Below, in pieces: positions 57,249-64,000 of a stretch of 64,000 nucleotides of DNA. The notes under the pieces were generated by a model, which was not told the DNA's origin, did no database searches, and saw nothing but the letters and a program-made list of their open reading frames with translations. This DNA comes from Candidatus Latescibacterota bacterium (lineage in GTDB: Bacteria > Latescibacterota > UBA2968 > UBA8231). The position numbers and the translations under genes are program-made. The first letter of the stretch is position 1; each line of letters starts with the position of its first letter. The stretch is taken from NCBI GenBank assembly GCA_965248265.1, contig CBDFJF010000001.1:1536001-1600000 (forward strand). The letters are read 5' to 3'.

Positions 57249-58175
57249 ATGGTACGAGAGTGCAAGACCCAAGAAGAACTCAGCGCGGCAATCGCGGAAA
57301 AGAAAAAGCACCCCGATATCGAAATCTGGCTTGTGGGCAATGCCCGATTTGAACTGGGCGGCTCCTCCCAGGTGAGAGCCTACGGCTCCTCCCAGGTGAC
57401 AGCCTACGGCTCCTCCCAGGTGACAGCCTACGACTCCTCCCAGGTGACAGCCTACGGCTCCTCCCAGGTGACAGCCTACGGCTCCTCCCAGGTGACAGCC
57501 TGCGGCTCCTCCCAGGTGACAGCCTGCGGCTCCTCCCAGGTGACAGCCTACGGCTCCTCCCAGGTGACAGCCTACGGCTCCTCCCAGGTGACAGCCTACG
57601 ACTCCTCCCAGGTGACAGCCTACGGCTCCTCCCAGGTGACAGCCTACGGCTCCTCCCAGGTGACAGCCTACGACTCCTCCCAGGTGACAGCCACTGATTG
57701 GGTCGGCGTCACCGTGCACCCCGGAGCCAAGGTCGAAGGCGGGAAGCAGATCGAGATACCGCGGCTGGATACACCGGCTCTATGGTGTGAGTTTTACGGG
57801 ATTCCTGTCGATGACGGGGTTGCAGTGATGTACAAAGCCGTCAACGACGATTTCGACAGCCCCTACGGGATGTCATACAAGCCTGGAACCGTCCCTGTGG
57901 CTCCGGATTGGGACGAAGGCAAAGCGGAATGTGGTGGCGGTATTCATGTGTCGCCGCGGCCCTTCATGGCGCTCGCATTCCACGGTGAGGCTACAAAGTT
58001 CGTCGGCTGCCCTGTGAAGCTGGAAGAGGTGGCGGTTCATCCCGATGGGCATTACCCGGAAAAGGTGAAAGCCAAGGGATGCTGCGCACCGGTGTTTGAA
58101 GTAGACATCGACGGGGAGCCGTTGCTGGGCATTCCCGATAACGGCAAAGCGTTGACTCACTACAACGCCGGTTAA
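57249..58175 (+). CDS. octapeptide-repeat (GSSQVTAY) beta-helix-like protein
   Basis: 14 repeats plus a C-terminal YKAV...ECGGGIH...KVKAK domain; SD AAGGAGG. Confidence 0.8.
   Translation: MVRECKTQEELSAAIAEKKKHPDIEIWLVGNARFELGGSSQVRAYGSSQVTAYGSSQVTAYDSSQVTAYGSSQVTAYGSSQVTACGSSQVTACGSSQVTAYGSSQVTAYGSSQVTAYDSSQVTAYGSSQVTAYGSSQVTAYDSSQVTATDWVGVTVHPGAKVEGGKQIEIPRLDTPALWCEFYGIPVDDGVAVMYKAVNDDFDSPYGMSYKPGTVPVAPDWDEGKAECGGGIHVSPRPFMALAFHGEATKFVGCPVKLEEVAVHPDGHYPEKVKAKGCCAPVFEVDIDGEPLLGIPDNGKALTHYNAG
57360..57695 (+). repeat. 14 x 24-bp coding tandem repeat
   Basis: Unit GGCTCCTCCCAGGTGACAGCCTAC, contiguous with no spacers. Confidence 0.97.
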
Positions 58176-58182
58176 AATGAAT
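58155..58182. other. dif-like 28-bp site
   Basis: (GTTG)ACTCACTACAA-CGCCGG-TTAAAATGAAT. Confidence 0.55.
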
Positions 58183-58472
58183 CAGCCGTGTGTTCCGCCA
58201 AGAAGCCCGTACAACCAGACTAAGACTCCTAATGCGAGCATGGCTGCCGGCCAGAGCAGGTTCGATCTCTCGCTTGCGAGCTCTCGGAATGTGGCATTCG
58301 TAAAGAAGAGGAAGCCGCTTATCGCGATCACAAATCCAGGGATGACGAAAAGAGACATGGCCCAGATGCTAAGGAGCAGCTCTCCAATCCCAACTGGCTC
58401 GTATCTCAAGAAATGACCTACACCGAGTACGAGAAGGACCGAGGCGATGCATGCAATCGCTGCAAGTTTCAT
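58182..58472 (-). CDS. three-TM membrane protein (inverted moron)
   Basis: Hydrophobic; opposite strand; bracketed by two dif-like sites. Confidence 0.65.
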   Translation of the reverse strand: MKLAAIACIASVLLVLGVGHFLRYEPVGIGELLLSIWAMSLFVIPGFVIAISGFLFFTNATFRELASERSNLLWPAAMLALGVLVWLYGLLGGTHG

Positions 58473-58521
58473 GGATTACCTTAGCGCAGAGCTTAGATCG
58501 ATTGTGGATTGGACACCATAG

Positions 58522-58549
58522 ACCAACGATAATGCCATTTAAAGGGAGT
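58522..58549. other. dif-like 28-bp site
   Basis: ACCAACGATAA-TGCCAT-TTAAAGGGAGT(CAACGGATG). Confidence 0.6.
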
Positions 58550-58555
58550 CAACGG

Positions 58556-58813
58556 ATGTACCTCGAAAGCACGGAAATCAGCGGAGAATTGTCGGTTGAG
58601 GAGTACCGCAACCAGATGGTGACAGCGCTTGAGCGTGATGTGCGGAGCATTGCCTACGCCATCACGGAAATACGCGACCTGTTCAAGTGCCCCGAATGCG
58701 ACGGCGCCGGAGGAGCGCGTATCACAGAAGAGCCGTCTGAGGACAACGACTTCGAGGGCTGGAGGTTCAAGGGTTGCGCCCGCTGTGACCGCAAGGGGAT
58801 TGTCCGCCCATGA
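58556..58813 (+). CDS. DnaJ-type zinc-finger small protein
   Basis: CPECDGAG...CARCDRKG. Confidence 0.6.
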   Translation: MYLESTEISGELSVEEYRNQMVTALERDVRSIAYAITEIRDLFKCPECDGAGGARITEEPSEDNDFEGWRFKGCARCDRKGIVRP

Positions 58814-59277
58814 ACCGACAGAATGTGACCTGTGGCCCGCTTTACCGGCGTGTCCGCGAACTCTTCACCGGTGACGCCCCCGAACTCAATCGCGCCTTCG
58901 CGCAGGGATTCACGGCCGGCGAGGCTGAGAAAGTCTATCTCGGCGCCTGCAAGGCTGCCATGTTCCGCCCGACATCGTCGATTGGCCGCGAGCTGCTACG
59001 CTCCTGGGTATCAGACATTTGCGGCGTGTACGGGCTTTGCTGGACCACACTGGAGTATGTGGACCCGAGTCGTGATGGCGAGGCGGTATACGAGTTGTGG
59101 ATCTGTCGGGACAACGATGCCGTCGATGCCGTCGAGTCAACAACCGCCATCGAAGTCAACAGTCTCTCCTGGCATCACTGGCGGGGGCTGCTGACAGGTG
59201 TGGCTGATGGCGAAATCGACCTCCACTTCCACGAGCGCCAGAGCGCTGGAGACATCGACGGAACATTGGCGGACTAA
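58810..59277 (+). CDS. phage hypothetical protein
   Basis: ATGA overlap; stop lies inside a dif-like site. Confidence 0.6.
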   Translation: MNRQNVTCGPLYRRVRELFTGDAPELNRAFAQGFTAGEAEKVYLGACKAAMFRPTSSIGRELLRSWVSDICGVYGLCWTTLEYVDPSRDGEAVYELWICRDNDAVDAVESTTAIEVNSLSWHHWRGLLTGVADGEIDLHFHERQSAGDIDGTLAD

Positions 59278-59300
59278 CGATAAGAAACCTACTGAGGAGT
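59273..59300. other. dif-like 28-bp site
   Basis: ACTAACGATAA-GAAACC-TACTGAGGAGT(CAACGGATG). Confidence 0.55.
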
Positions 59301-59306
59301 CAACGG

Positions 59307-59693
59307 ATGGGCGACGAATGGGAGAGAGCGAAGCCAACCGGGTGCCCTTTTCTGCGGTATCTCGACGCATACCCGATAGGCAACTGGGTTTCAAGGGGTG
59401 AGCCTCCATGCAGACAGAAGATTTGCGGGAAGGATAGTTGCTACCAGTACGGGCGCTCCTACAGAGACCGAGAGCGACTTCTGGTTCTCCCAGTTGGGAC
59501 GCTGATGTTCAAGCTCTCTCCAGAGCTGGGTGACGGACAAAGCAGCTCGATTGTGAAGAACATCGATCACGCCATCGAGGCGGTACGTGCGTGGATGGAG
59601 GACAGGAAGCACGGCGATGACATCGGCGAAGAATGCCAAATCGAGTGCGTGGAGATGACGGAAGCCGAGATTGCGGCTCTGCCTGAGCTATGA
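59307..59693 (+). CDS. phage hypothetical protein
   Basis: C-terminal [13 protein letters not shown]. Confidence 0.55.
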   Translation: MGDEWERAKPTGCPFLRYLDAYPIGNWVSRGEPPCRQKICGKDSCYQYGRSYRDRERLLVLPVGTLMFKLSPELGDGQSSSIVKNIDHAIEAVRAWMEDRKHGDDIGEECQIECVEMTEAEIAALPEL

Positions 59694-59971
59694 GAATCCG
59701 CCCGCTCTTTGCCTGGTACGACATCTGGATCGGAGCGTTCTGGGACAGGTCCAACCAGCGGCTCTACCTGTTCCCGTTGCCCATGATTGGGCTGAGGATT
59801 GATTTCAGAGGGGAGTCAACGATCATGGAGGACAACTGGGAAACGACGTGCCCAAACCGCGATGACGGTCAGCACTGCAACTGCTGGTATGATGGCGAGC
59901 CGTGCTGTGCCTGTGGCGATGACTGCGAAGAAGACAGGCAAGACGAAAATTGCTTTGCGGACGCACGATAA
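59690..59971 (+). CDS. hypothetical protein, probable fusion of two small genes
   Basis: FAWYDIWIG half plus a Cys-rich half with its own SD and ATG at 59825. Confidence 0.5.
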   Translation: MRIRPLFAWYDIWIGAFWDRSNQRLYLFPLPMIGLRIDFRGESTIMEDNWETTCPNRDDGQHCNCWYDGEPCCACGDDCEEDRQDENCFADAR

Positions 59972-59988
59972 TTCCGATTACTGGGAGT
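59961..59988. other. dif-like 28-bp site
   Basis: ACGCACGATAA-TTCCGA-TTACTGGGAGT(CAA). Confidence 0.65.
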
Positions 59989-60005
59989 CAATCGAACGAG
60001 AGGAC

Positions 60006-60212
60006 ATGAAATCTTGCTACCTCCATTTCAGGGGGACGGCACAGCCCCCACTTGAGATCAGCGCGACGGACGCTGCCACGATCATCAGATGCAACTATGC
60101 CTCGGTGGAAGCCGTTGAGCTGATGGAGGAGCGGCTTCGCGAAGGCAAGCGAGTGTATGTCGAGAGCGGGCACATCCGCCTGCATAGCTTCACACTCATT
60201 CACAGCAATTGA
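60006..60212 (+). CDS. hypothetical protein, paralogue of 63168-63356
   Basis: YLHFRG..QP....ATDAA.IIR.N.AS......MEERL..GKRVYV. Confidence 0.7.
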   Translation: MKSCYLHFRGTAQPPLEISATDAATIIRCNYASVEAVELMEERLREGKRVYVESGHIRLHSFTLIHSN

Positions 60213-60221
60213 GGAGATCCT

Positions 60222-60419
60222 ATGAGCGGGAATAGCAAGGAGCGGCGCAGGCTCAATCGCCTGACGAACGGGCTTCTTCCGAGACTCAATGAGTTGGAGG
60301 AGGAGGTGGAGTATCTACGGGAGGACACAGCGTATCTCGAAAGGGGTATTCACCAGTTCTCAGCTGGGGGTTGGTCTGTATTTTGGCGATGGCTCTGGAG
60401 TGGCTTCTCCTGGAAGTGA
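60222..60419 (+). CDS. phage hypothetical protein
   Basis: SD GAGGAG; coiled coil. Confidence 0.6.
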   Translation: MSGNSKERRRLNRLTNGLLPRLNELEEEVEYLREDTAYLERGIHQFSAGGWSVFWRWLWSGFSWK

Positions 60420-61201
60420 GCTGCGCGAGTTGTGGCGATCGAGGTTTCGTGTATGTCCAGGCTGATGAGCGAGTGGGACAAGGCCACGGCCAATTGGAGA
60501 TCTGCCGGTGTGTTCGTCCTTTGTGCCGTTGCGGAGACCAGTCTCCCTACCTCTACTGGGATGAGGAGTCCGTGCGCCGCGACTGCCCCTGTAGAGCGCC
60601 TCGGCACCGGATACAGGTAGTGAACCACCTGGTCAAGATCTCGGGAGTGCCCGACCGCTATCGCTGGAAGTTCCGCACGGACTTCCTCGACGCCGAGCAG
60701 CCAGGACTGGCCGGCAAGATCCGGGCCTCGATCGCGAAGCTTGTGGACTCCCAGGAGCCGCCGAAGCAGGGCCTGTTCCTGCATGGCACACCAGGCACCG
60801 GCAAGACGCTGTTGGCCAGCATCGTGCTCAATGAGCTGATGTACTGGAGGATGAAGCGGGGTCGGTTCGTGAACCTGGCTCGATCGCTGTTTCCTCGACT
60901 TCGGCAGACAATGTCAGAGGGGTCTCAGGAGAGCGGGAAGCTCTTCCAGATCCAGGAGCGGTTGGCCACAGTCCCCTACCTGGTGATCGACGATCTGGGG
61001 GTGCAGCGCGGGACCGAGTGGGAGGAGGAGATCCTGTACGACCTGGTCGATGCGCGGTATGCGGAGCAGCAATTCACGGTAGTTACGACGAACACGCCTC
61101 TCGATGAGATCGAAGGGATCTCGCGAGGGCGGATCTACTCACGGCTCAAGGAGATGTGCCGATGGTTGAAATTGGAAGGGACGGACTGGAGATGCGAATA
61201 G
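60416..61201 (+). CDS. DnaC/IstB-like AAA+ ATPase (helicase loader)
   Basis: GTPGTGKT, LVIDDLG, VTTN, RIYSRL; N-terminal Cys cluster. Confidence 0.88.
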   Translation: MSCASCGDRGFVYVQADERVGQGHGQLEICRCVRPLCRCGDQSPYLYWDEESVRRDCPCRAPRHRIQVVNHLVKISGVPDRYRWKFRTDFLDAEQPGLAGKIRASIAKLVDSQEPPKQGLFLHGTPGTGKTLLASIVLNELMYWRMKRGRFVNLARSLFPRLRQTMSEGSQESGKLFQIQERLATVPYLVIDDLGVQRGTEWEEEILYDLVDARYAEQQFTVVTTNTPLDEIEGISRGRIYSRLKEMCRWLKLEGTDWRCE

Positions 61202-61434
61202 CAGAACCGTCCGATCGGGGCCGTGTGGTAGCGGTCGTAATCCCCCGCTACCTCGAAGCATGGGCACTTTTGAATCCGTTGTCGAGCATGAAGACATGGA
61301 CGATAACATGCGGTAGGTGTTCCCACTCTTGGCGAGAAAAAGTCCCGCTTGTCAGGGTCTGTTCGGCTGTGTGCCCGTGCTGCAGGACGCAGAACCGATG
61401 GGAACTTATCCTTGAGGAAGACTCGGAGGCTTGA
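61192..61434 (+). CDS. zinc-ribbon protein
   Basis: CGRCSH...CPCC. Confidence 0.55.
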   Translation: MRIAEPSDRGRVVAVVIPRYLEAWALLNPLSSMKTWTITCGRCSHSWREKVPLVRVCSAVCPCCRTQNRWELILEEDSEA

Positions 61435-62266
61435 TCTCTTGCTGAGTGAGTCCTTCGAAGTACTCTGCACTGTTATCAGACTCGTCTACTATCATCACGT
61501 TCACCTCGGCCCTATCTGGCGAGACGATCAGGTAAGCCTGTCCGTGAGTTACTGGATCTGCCGCCCCGGTCTGTTTGGTACAGACACACTCCTGAGCGCG
61601 CCTCTTATTGCTGAGTGGGGCCAGGATGCGGTAGCAAACTGCTGGCGTCGGCCATGTGGGGAAAAGATTCCAAGCTGCAAATTCATCCGCGTGCAGATTC
61701 GCAGACAGACTCGCCCAAGTCCCAAAAGGTTCGGGGTGATTAGTGTCGCTGTCCAAGAAACCATCCACATATTTCATGAAAAAACGGTGTCTGCGCGCGG
61801 CTTCAGCATCAACTTTCTCGCTAAGCTCCTTCTGGGATCTCCGCTTTGCGCGAAGGTCTACCATCGTTCCCGCGACATTTTCATGGACGTCTTCTGCGCG
61901 CCTGGCTTTGTCCAACCACCCCTGTGCTTGGTCAAGAAGATCTGCACTGATGAGTGTCTTCGCCAGGTTAGACATTGCCAGCGTATTTCCAGCGTTGGCC
62001 GCCTTTTCGTAGTGCCCTATGGCGAGAGATTCCAGTCCGATCTTGTCGCAGCAGACACCCAAATTATTGATCGCCAGGTCGTAGTCGGGCCGAAAACTCA
62101 AACATTTCGTGTAGTGAAGCCGGCTGACCTCCGATTGGCCCGCGCGATAATAGGCAAAGGCTGAGGCAAAGCGAATGTCTACATCGTTCGGTGTAATCTC
62201 TAGGATCTTCTCAAGAATAAGCGCCAGAGCGCCGGAGATCTGGACGGTAACCTTGAAACCGTTGAG
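61406..62266 (-). pseudogene. TPR/Sel1-like protein, 5'-truncated
   Basis: AINNLGVC, AMSNLA; the TPR-like frame continues 55 codons upstream of the first canonical start codon (62101) to an in-frame TGA at 62267-62269. Confidence 0.6.
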
Positions 62267-62292
62267 TCACTGTAATGCCTCAAAACGATAGT
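62265..62292. other. dif-like 28-bp site (degenerate)
   Basis: (GTTG)AGTCACTGTAA-TGCCTC-AAAACGATAGT(CAA). Confidence 0.5.
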
Positions 62293-62307
62293 CAAAAGGT
62301 GCCAACC

Positions 62308-62550
62308 ATGGATAAAAAAAAGATGCCGTATCAGGCCCTCGTCTTTCCTGAGTTTGGGGACGGAGAATTTGCAATCCAAACAGGGCGGCGACTCGGGATG
62401 GTCAAATCGGATTACACCGACGACTGGTATATCTCATGGTCGCCTCGCAATTCAAATAACAACGCCGAGGGGGTGTGGTCAGAGTGGGTTGAGTTGGCGA
62501 ATGCAATCATTGCTGAGGATGAACGCCGCAAGGCGGATACTACCAAATAA
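62308..62550 (+). CDS. hypothetical protein (single-gene cassette)
   Basis: Between two dif-like sites that share the spacer TGCCTC. Confidence 0.6.
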   Translation: MDKKKMPYQALVFPEFGDGEFAIQTGRRLGMVKSDYTDDWYISWSPRNSNNNAEGVWSEWVELANAIIAEDERRKADTTK

Positions 62551-62567
62551 TGCCTCTTATCGGGAGT
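62540..62567. other. dif-like 28-bp site
   Basis: CTACCAAATAA-TGCCTC-TTATCGGGAGT. Confidence 0.6.
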
Positions 62568-62572
62568 AAGAA

Positions 62573-62725
62573 ATGTATTTCAGTTTAGAGTTTATTCAGT
62601 GCGACGGCTGCGGAGAAAGAGTAGAGGAAATGGGGGAATTGAAGTTCGGAGAAGTGCCGGATGATTGGCTCAAGGTAAGCGAACGAGAACATCACTGCCC
62701 CGAGTGTAAAACAGAGACTGACTAA
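62573..62725 (+). CDS. 50-aa zinc-finger protein
   Basis: MYFSLEFIQCDGCG...HHCPECKTETD; between two dif-like sites. Confidence 0.65.
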   Translation: MYFSLEFIQCDGCGERVEEMGELKFGEVPDDWLKVSEREHHCPECKTETD

Positions 62726-62748
62726 CGATAATCCTCGTACTACGGAGT
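62721..62748. other. dif-like 28-bp site
   Basis: ACTAACGATAA-TCCTCG-TACTACGGAGT. Confidence 0.55.
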
Positions 62749-62754
62749 AGATGA

Positions 62755-63171
62755 ATGAGTGAACTGCCCTACGCTGAGGACGTGAACTACTGGAAGACAG
62801 GATCGTCGTCCCCGGACTCATGGATCGCGAAGGCGATAAAGCAGATCGAGGACGTGGGCGGCGAGATCACGGCAGAGGGCTTTGGTCGCGCGGCTGGACA
62901 CTCGGCCTACATGCTGGGCTTTGTGTTCGACCAGGAGGCGTTCAAGATCACCTGGCCTGTACTGGAGTCGCACAAGGGCGAGGAAATGGCCGCGCGCCGG
63001 CAGGCGGCGACGTTTCTCTATCACGACGTGAAGGCACGGTGCATGGTGGTGAAGATCAAAACGCCGAGGGTGGCGTTTTTCGAGTACCTGCAGCTGCCAG
63101 ACGGCCGGTCCGCTGGGCAGCTGGCAAACCCCGAGCTGTTGGCCAATGTGCCGAAGATGCTGACAACATGA
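62755..63171 (+). CDS. phage hypothetical protein
   Basis: 138 aa; coupled to the next gene. Confidence 0.7.
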   Translation: MSELPYAEDVNYWKTGSSSPDSWIAKAIKQIEDVGGEITAEGFGRAAGHSAYMLGFVFDQEAFKITWPVLESHKGEEMAARRQAATFLYHDVKARCMVVKIKTPRVAFFEYLQLPDGRSAGQLANPELLANVPKMLTT

Positions 63172-63356
63172 ACTACATCCTCCACTTCAAGGGGCCACCG
63201 CAGCCGGCAGAGCAGGTCAACGCCACTGACGCGGCCAAGATCATCCGCAGCAACTTCGCCTCCAGGGAGGAGATCAAGGTGATGGAGGAGCGACTACAGG
63301 CAGGAAAACGAGTCTACGTCCGCAACGGGTATTTGCGGCGTGGGGATCTGAACTGA
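63168..63356 (+). CDS. hypothetical protein, paralogue of 60006-60212
   Basis: MNYILHFKGPPQP...ATDAAKIIRSNFAS...MEERLQAGKRVYV. Confidence 0.7.
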   Translation: MNYILHFKGPPQPAEQVNATDAAKIIRSNFASREEIKVMEERLQAGKRVYVRNGYLRRGDLN

Positions 63357-63368
63357 AAGGAGGAGCAC

Positions 63369-63539
63369 ATGCCCAAGTATCACACCACAAAGCAAGTTGC
63401 CGACATGCTCGAGGTGACCGATCGGTACGTTCGGAAGATGGTGATCGAGAAGAAGCTGACTGCGTTCAGGCTCGGCCACCGGGTGCGCATACCTACCGAA
63501 GCAGTTGAGAAATTCATGCGAGAGCGCAAGATCGCATGA
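63369..63539 (+). CDS. xis: excisionase (HTH_17-like)
   Basis: TTKQVADMLEV...LTAFRLGHRVRIPTEAVEKFM; SD AGGAGG; ATGA overlap with int. Confidence 0.85.
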   Translation: MPKYHTTKQVADMLEVTDRYVRKMVIEKKLTAFRLGHRVRIPTEAVEKFMRERKIA

Positions 63540-64000
63540 AAGGGAGCATAACCCGGCGCCAACTCAAGGGCGGCCTGCAGTACTACATCGTCTACGACGC
63601 TGGCCGGAAGTGGTCGTCGAAAAAGCAGAAAACCGTTCGTAATCAGCAATGGGAGCGTGTCGAGCCAAACACTCGGACGGCTGCACAGAAGCTGCTCAAC
63701 ATCCGCCTGGCGGAAGTCCAACGGGGCGAATGGCAGGGTAAGCAGAGCATCGGTTTCACCGAGCTCACCCAGTCATGGATGGAGAAGGACGCACGGCCGC
63801 GACTCAAGCCACAATCGCTGGACCGCTACCAACAATTCCTCCGGCTGCACATCCTGCCCGTCCTCGGCCAGTACCAGGCGCACGAGATTGACCTTGAGAT
63901 TCTACAGGGGTTTACTGCGGTGTTGCTACAGGAGCTCTCGGTGTCTCACGTCAAATCAATCGTGGCTGTCACGAGAGCCATCCTGCGCAAGGGGTACGAA
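63536..64000 (+). CDS. int: tyrosine integrase, N-terminal part (runs off the window)
   Basis: MKGSITRR...arm-binding region, LKPQSLDRY..LRLHILPVLG SAM-like domain. Confidence 0.85.
   Translation, partial: MKGSITRRQLKGGLQYYIVYDAGRKWSSKKQKTVRNQQWERVEPNTRTAAQKLLNIRLAEVQRGEWQGKQSIGFTELTQSWMEKDARPRLKPQSLDRYQQFLRLHILPVLGQYQAHEIDLEILQGFTAVLLQELSVSHVKSIVAVTRAILRKGYE

Larger units (their letters stand above)
23950..64000. mobile_element. prophage, podovirus-like, continues past the right edge
   Basis: TerS/TerL, portal, scaffold, capsid, tubular tail and ejection genes, no tape measure or sheath; replication genes, xis and int. Left boundary approximate. Confidence 0.93.

Noticed and set aside
57360-57695. 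CRISPR array or DGR variable region
   Set aside because: Repeats are contiguous with no spacers and in frame within a CDS; no cas or reverse transcriptase genes in the window.
57210-57719. 169-aa GCHLGGAV-repeat ORF on the minus strand
   Set aside because: Shadow of the tandem repeat; the plus-strand gene has a strong SD and a conserved-looking C-terminal domain.
61420-61452. Additional dif-like site at the 3' end of the TPR fragment
   Set aside because: Only a GTGAGT match; lacks the TAA-N6-TTA core.

Overview
The window has two parts. (1) 1-~23,950 is host chromosome. It holds the end of an integrase-less integron-like cassette array (two attC-like sites; DUF402-like, TolB-like and ankyrin-remnant cassettes), a catabolic operon (FAD oxidoreductase, hydantoinase/oxoprolinase A+B, HpcH aldolase, YunC), and cupin, speD, MmgE/PrpD, amidase, two PhyH dioxygenases and a TonB receptor. 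It also holds a small foreign-looking island (maeA, truncated Stf0 sulfotransferase, IS91 remnant), a TPP enzyme and a GHL10-like protein. This repertoire suggests a Latescibacterota/Poribacteria-like host (inference only). (2) ~24,000 to the window end is an apparently intact podovirus-like prophage. Its minus-strand late operon runs M15 peptidase, tRNA-fMet, TerS, TerL, portal, scaffold, capsid, decoration protein, three glycosyltransferases, adaptor, ejection proteins, tail tube/fibre, small membrane genes and a stand-alone PAS protein. A non-CI regulatory region (RHH protein plus membrane-tethered XRE regulator) is followed by a plus-strand early/replication/accessory arm ending in excisionase and a tyrosine integrase cut by the window edge. 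The most striking unexplained signal is a family of at least 8 quasi-palindromic 28-bp 11-6-11 sites (approx. ACTcnCGATAA-N6-TTAtcGGGAGT, Xer/dif-like). They sit at gene junctions of the phage accessory arm, often supplying a stop codon on one arm and a Shine-Dalgarno on the other, and one more copy lies at the edge of the host maeA island: a candidate Xer-type gene-cassette shuffling system. Second is a candidate virion-glycosylation module. All calls come from reading the sequence by eye; no database searches were run.
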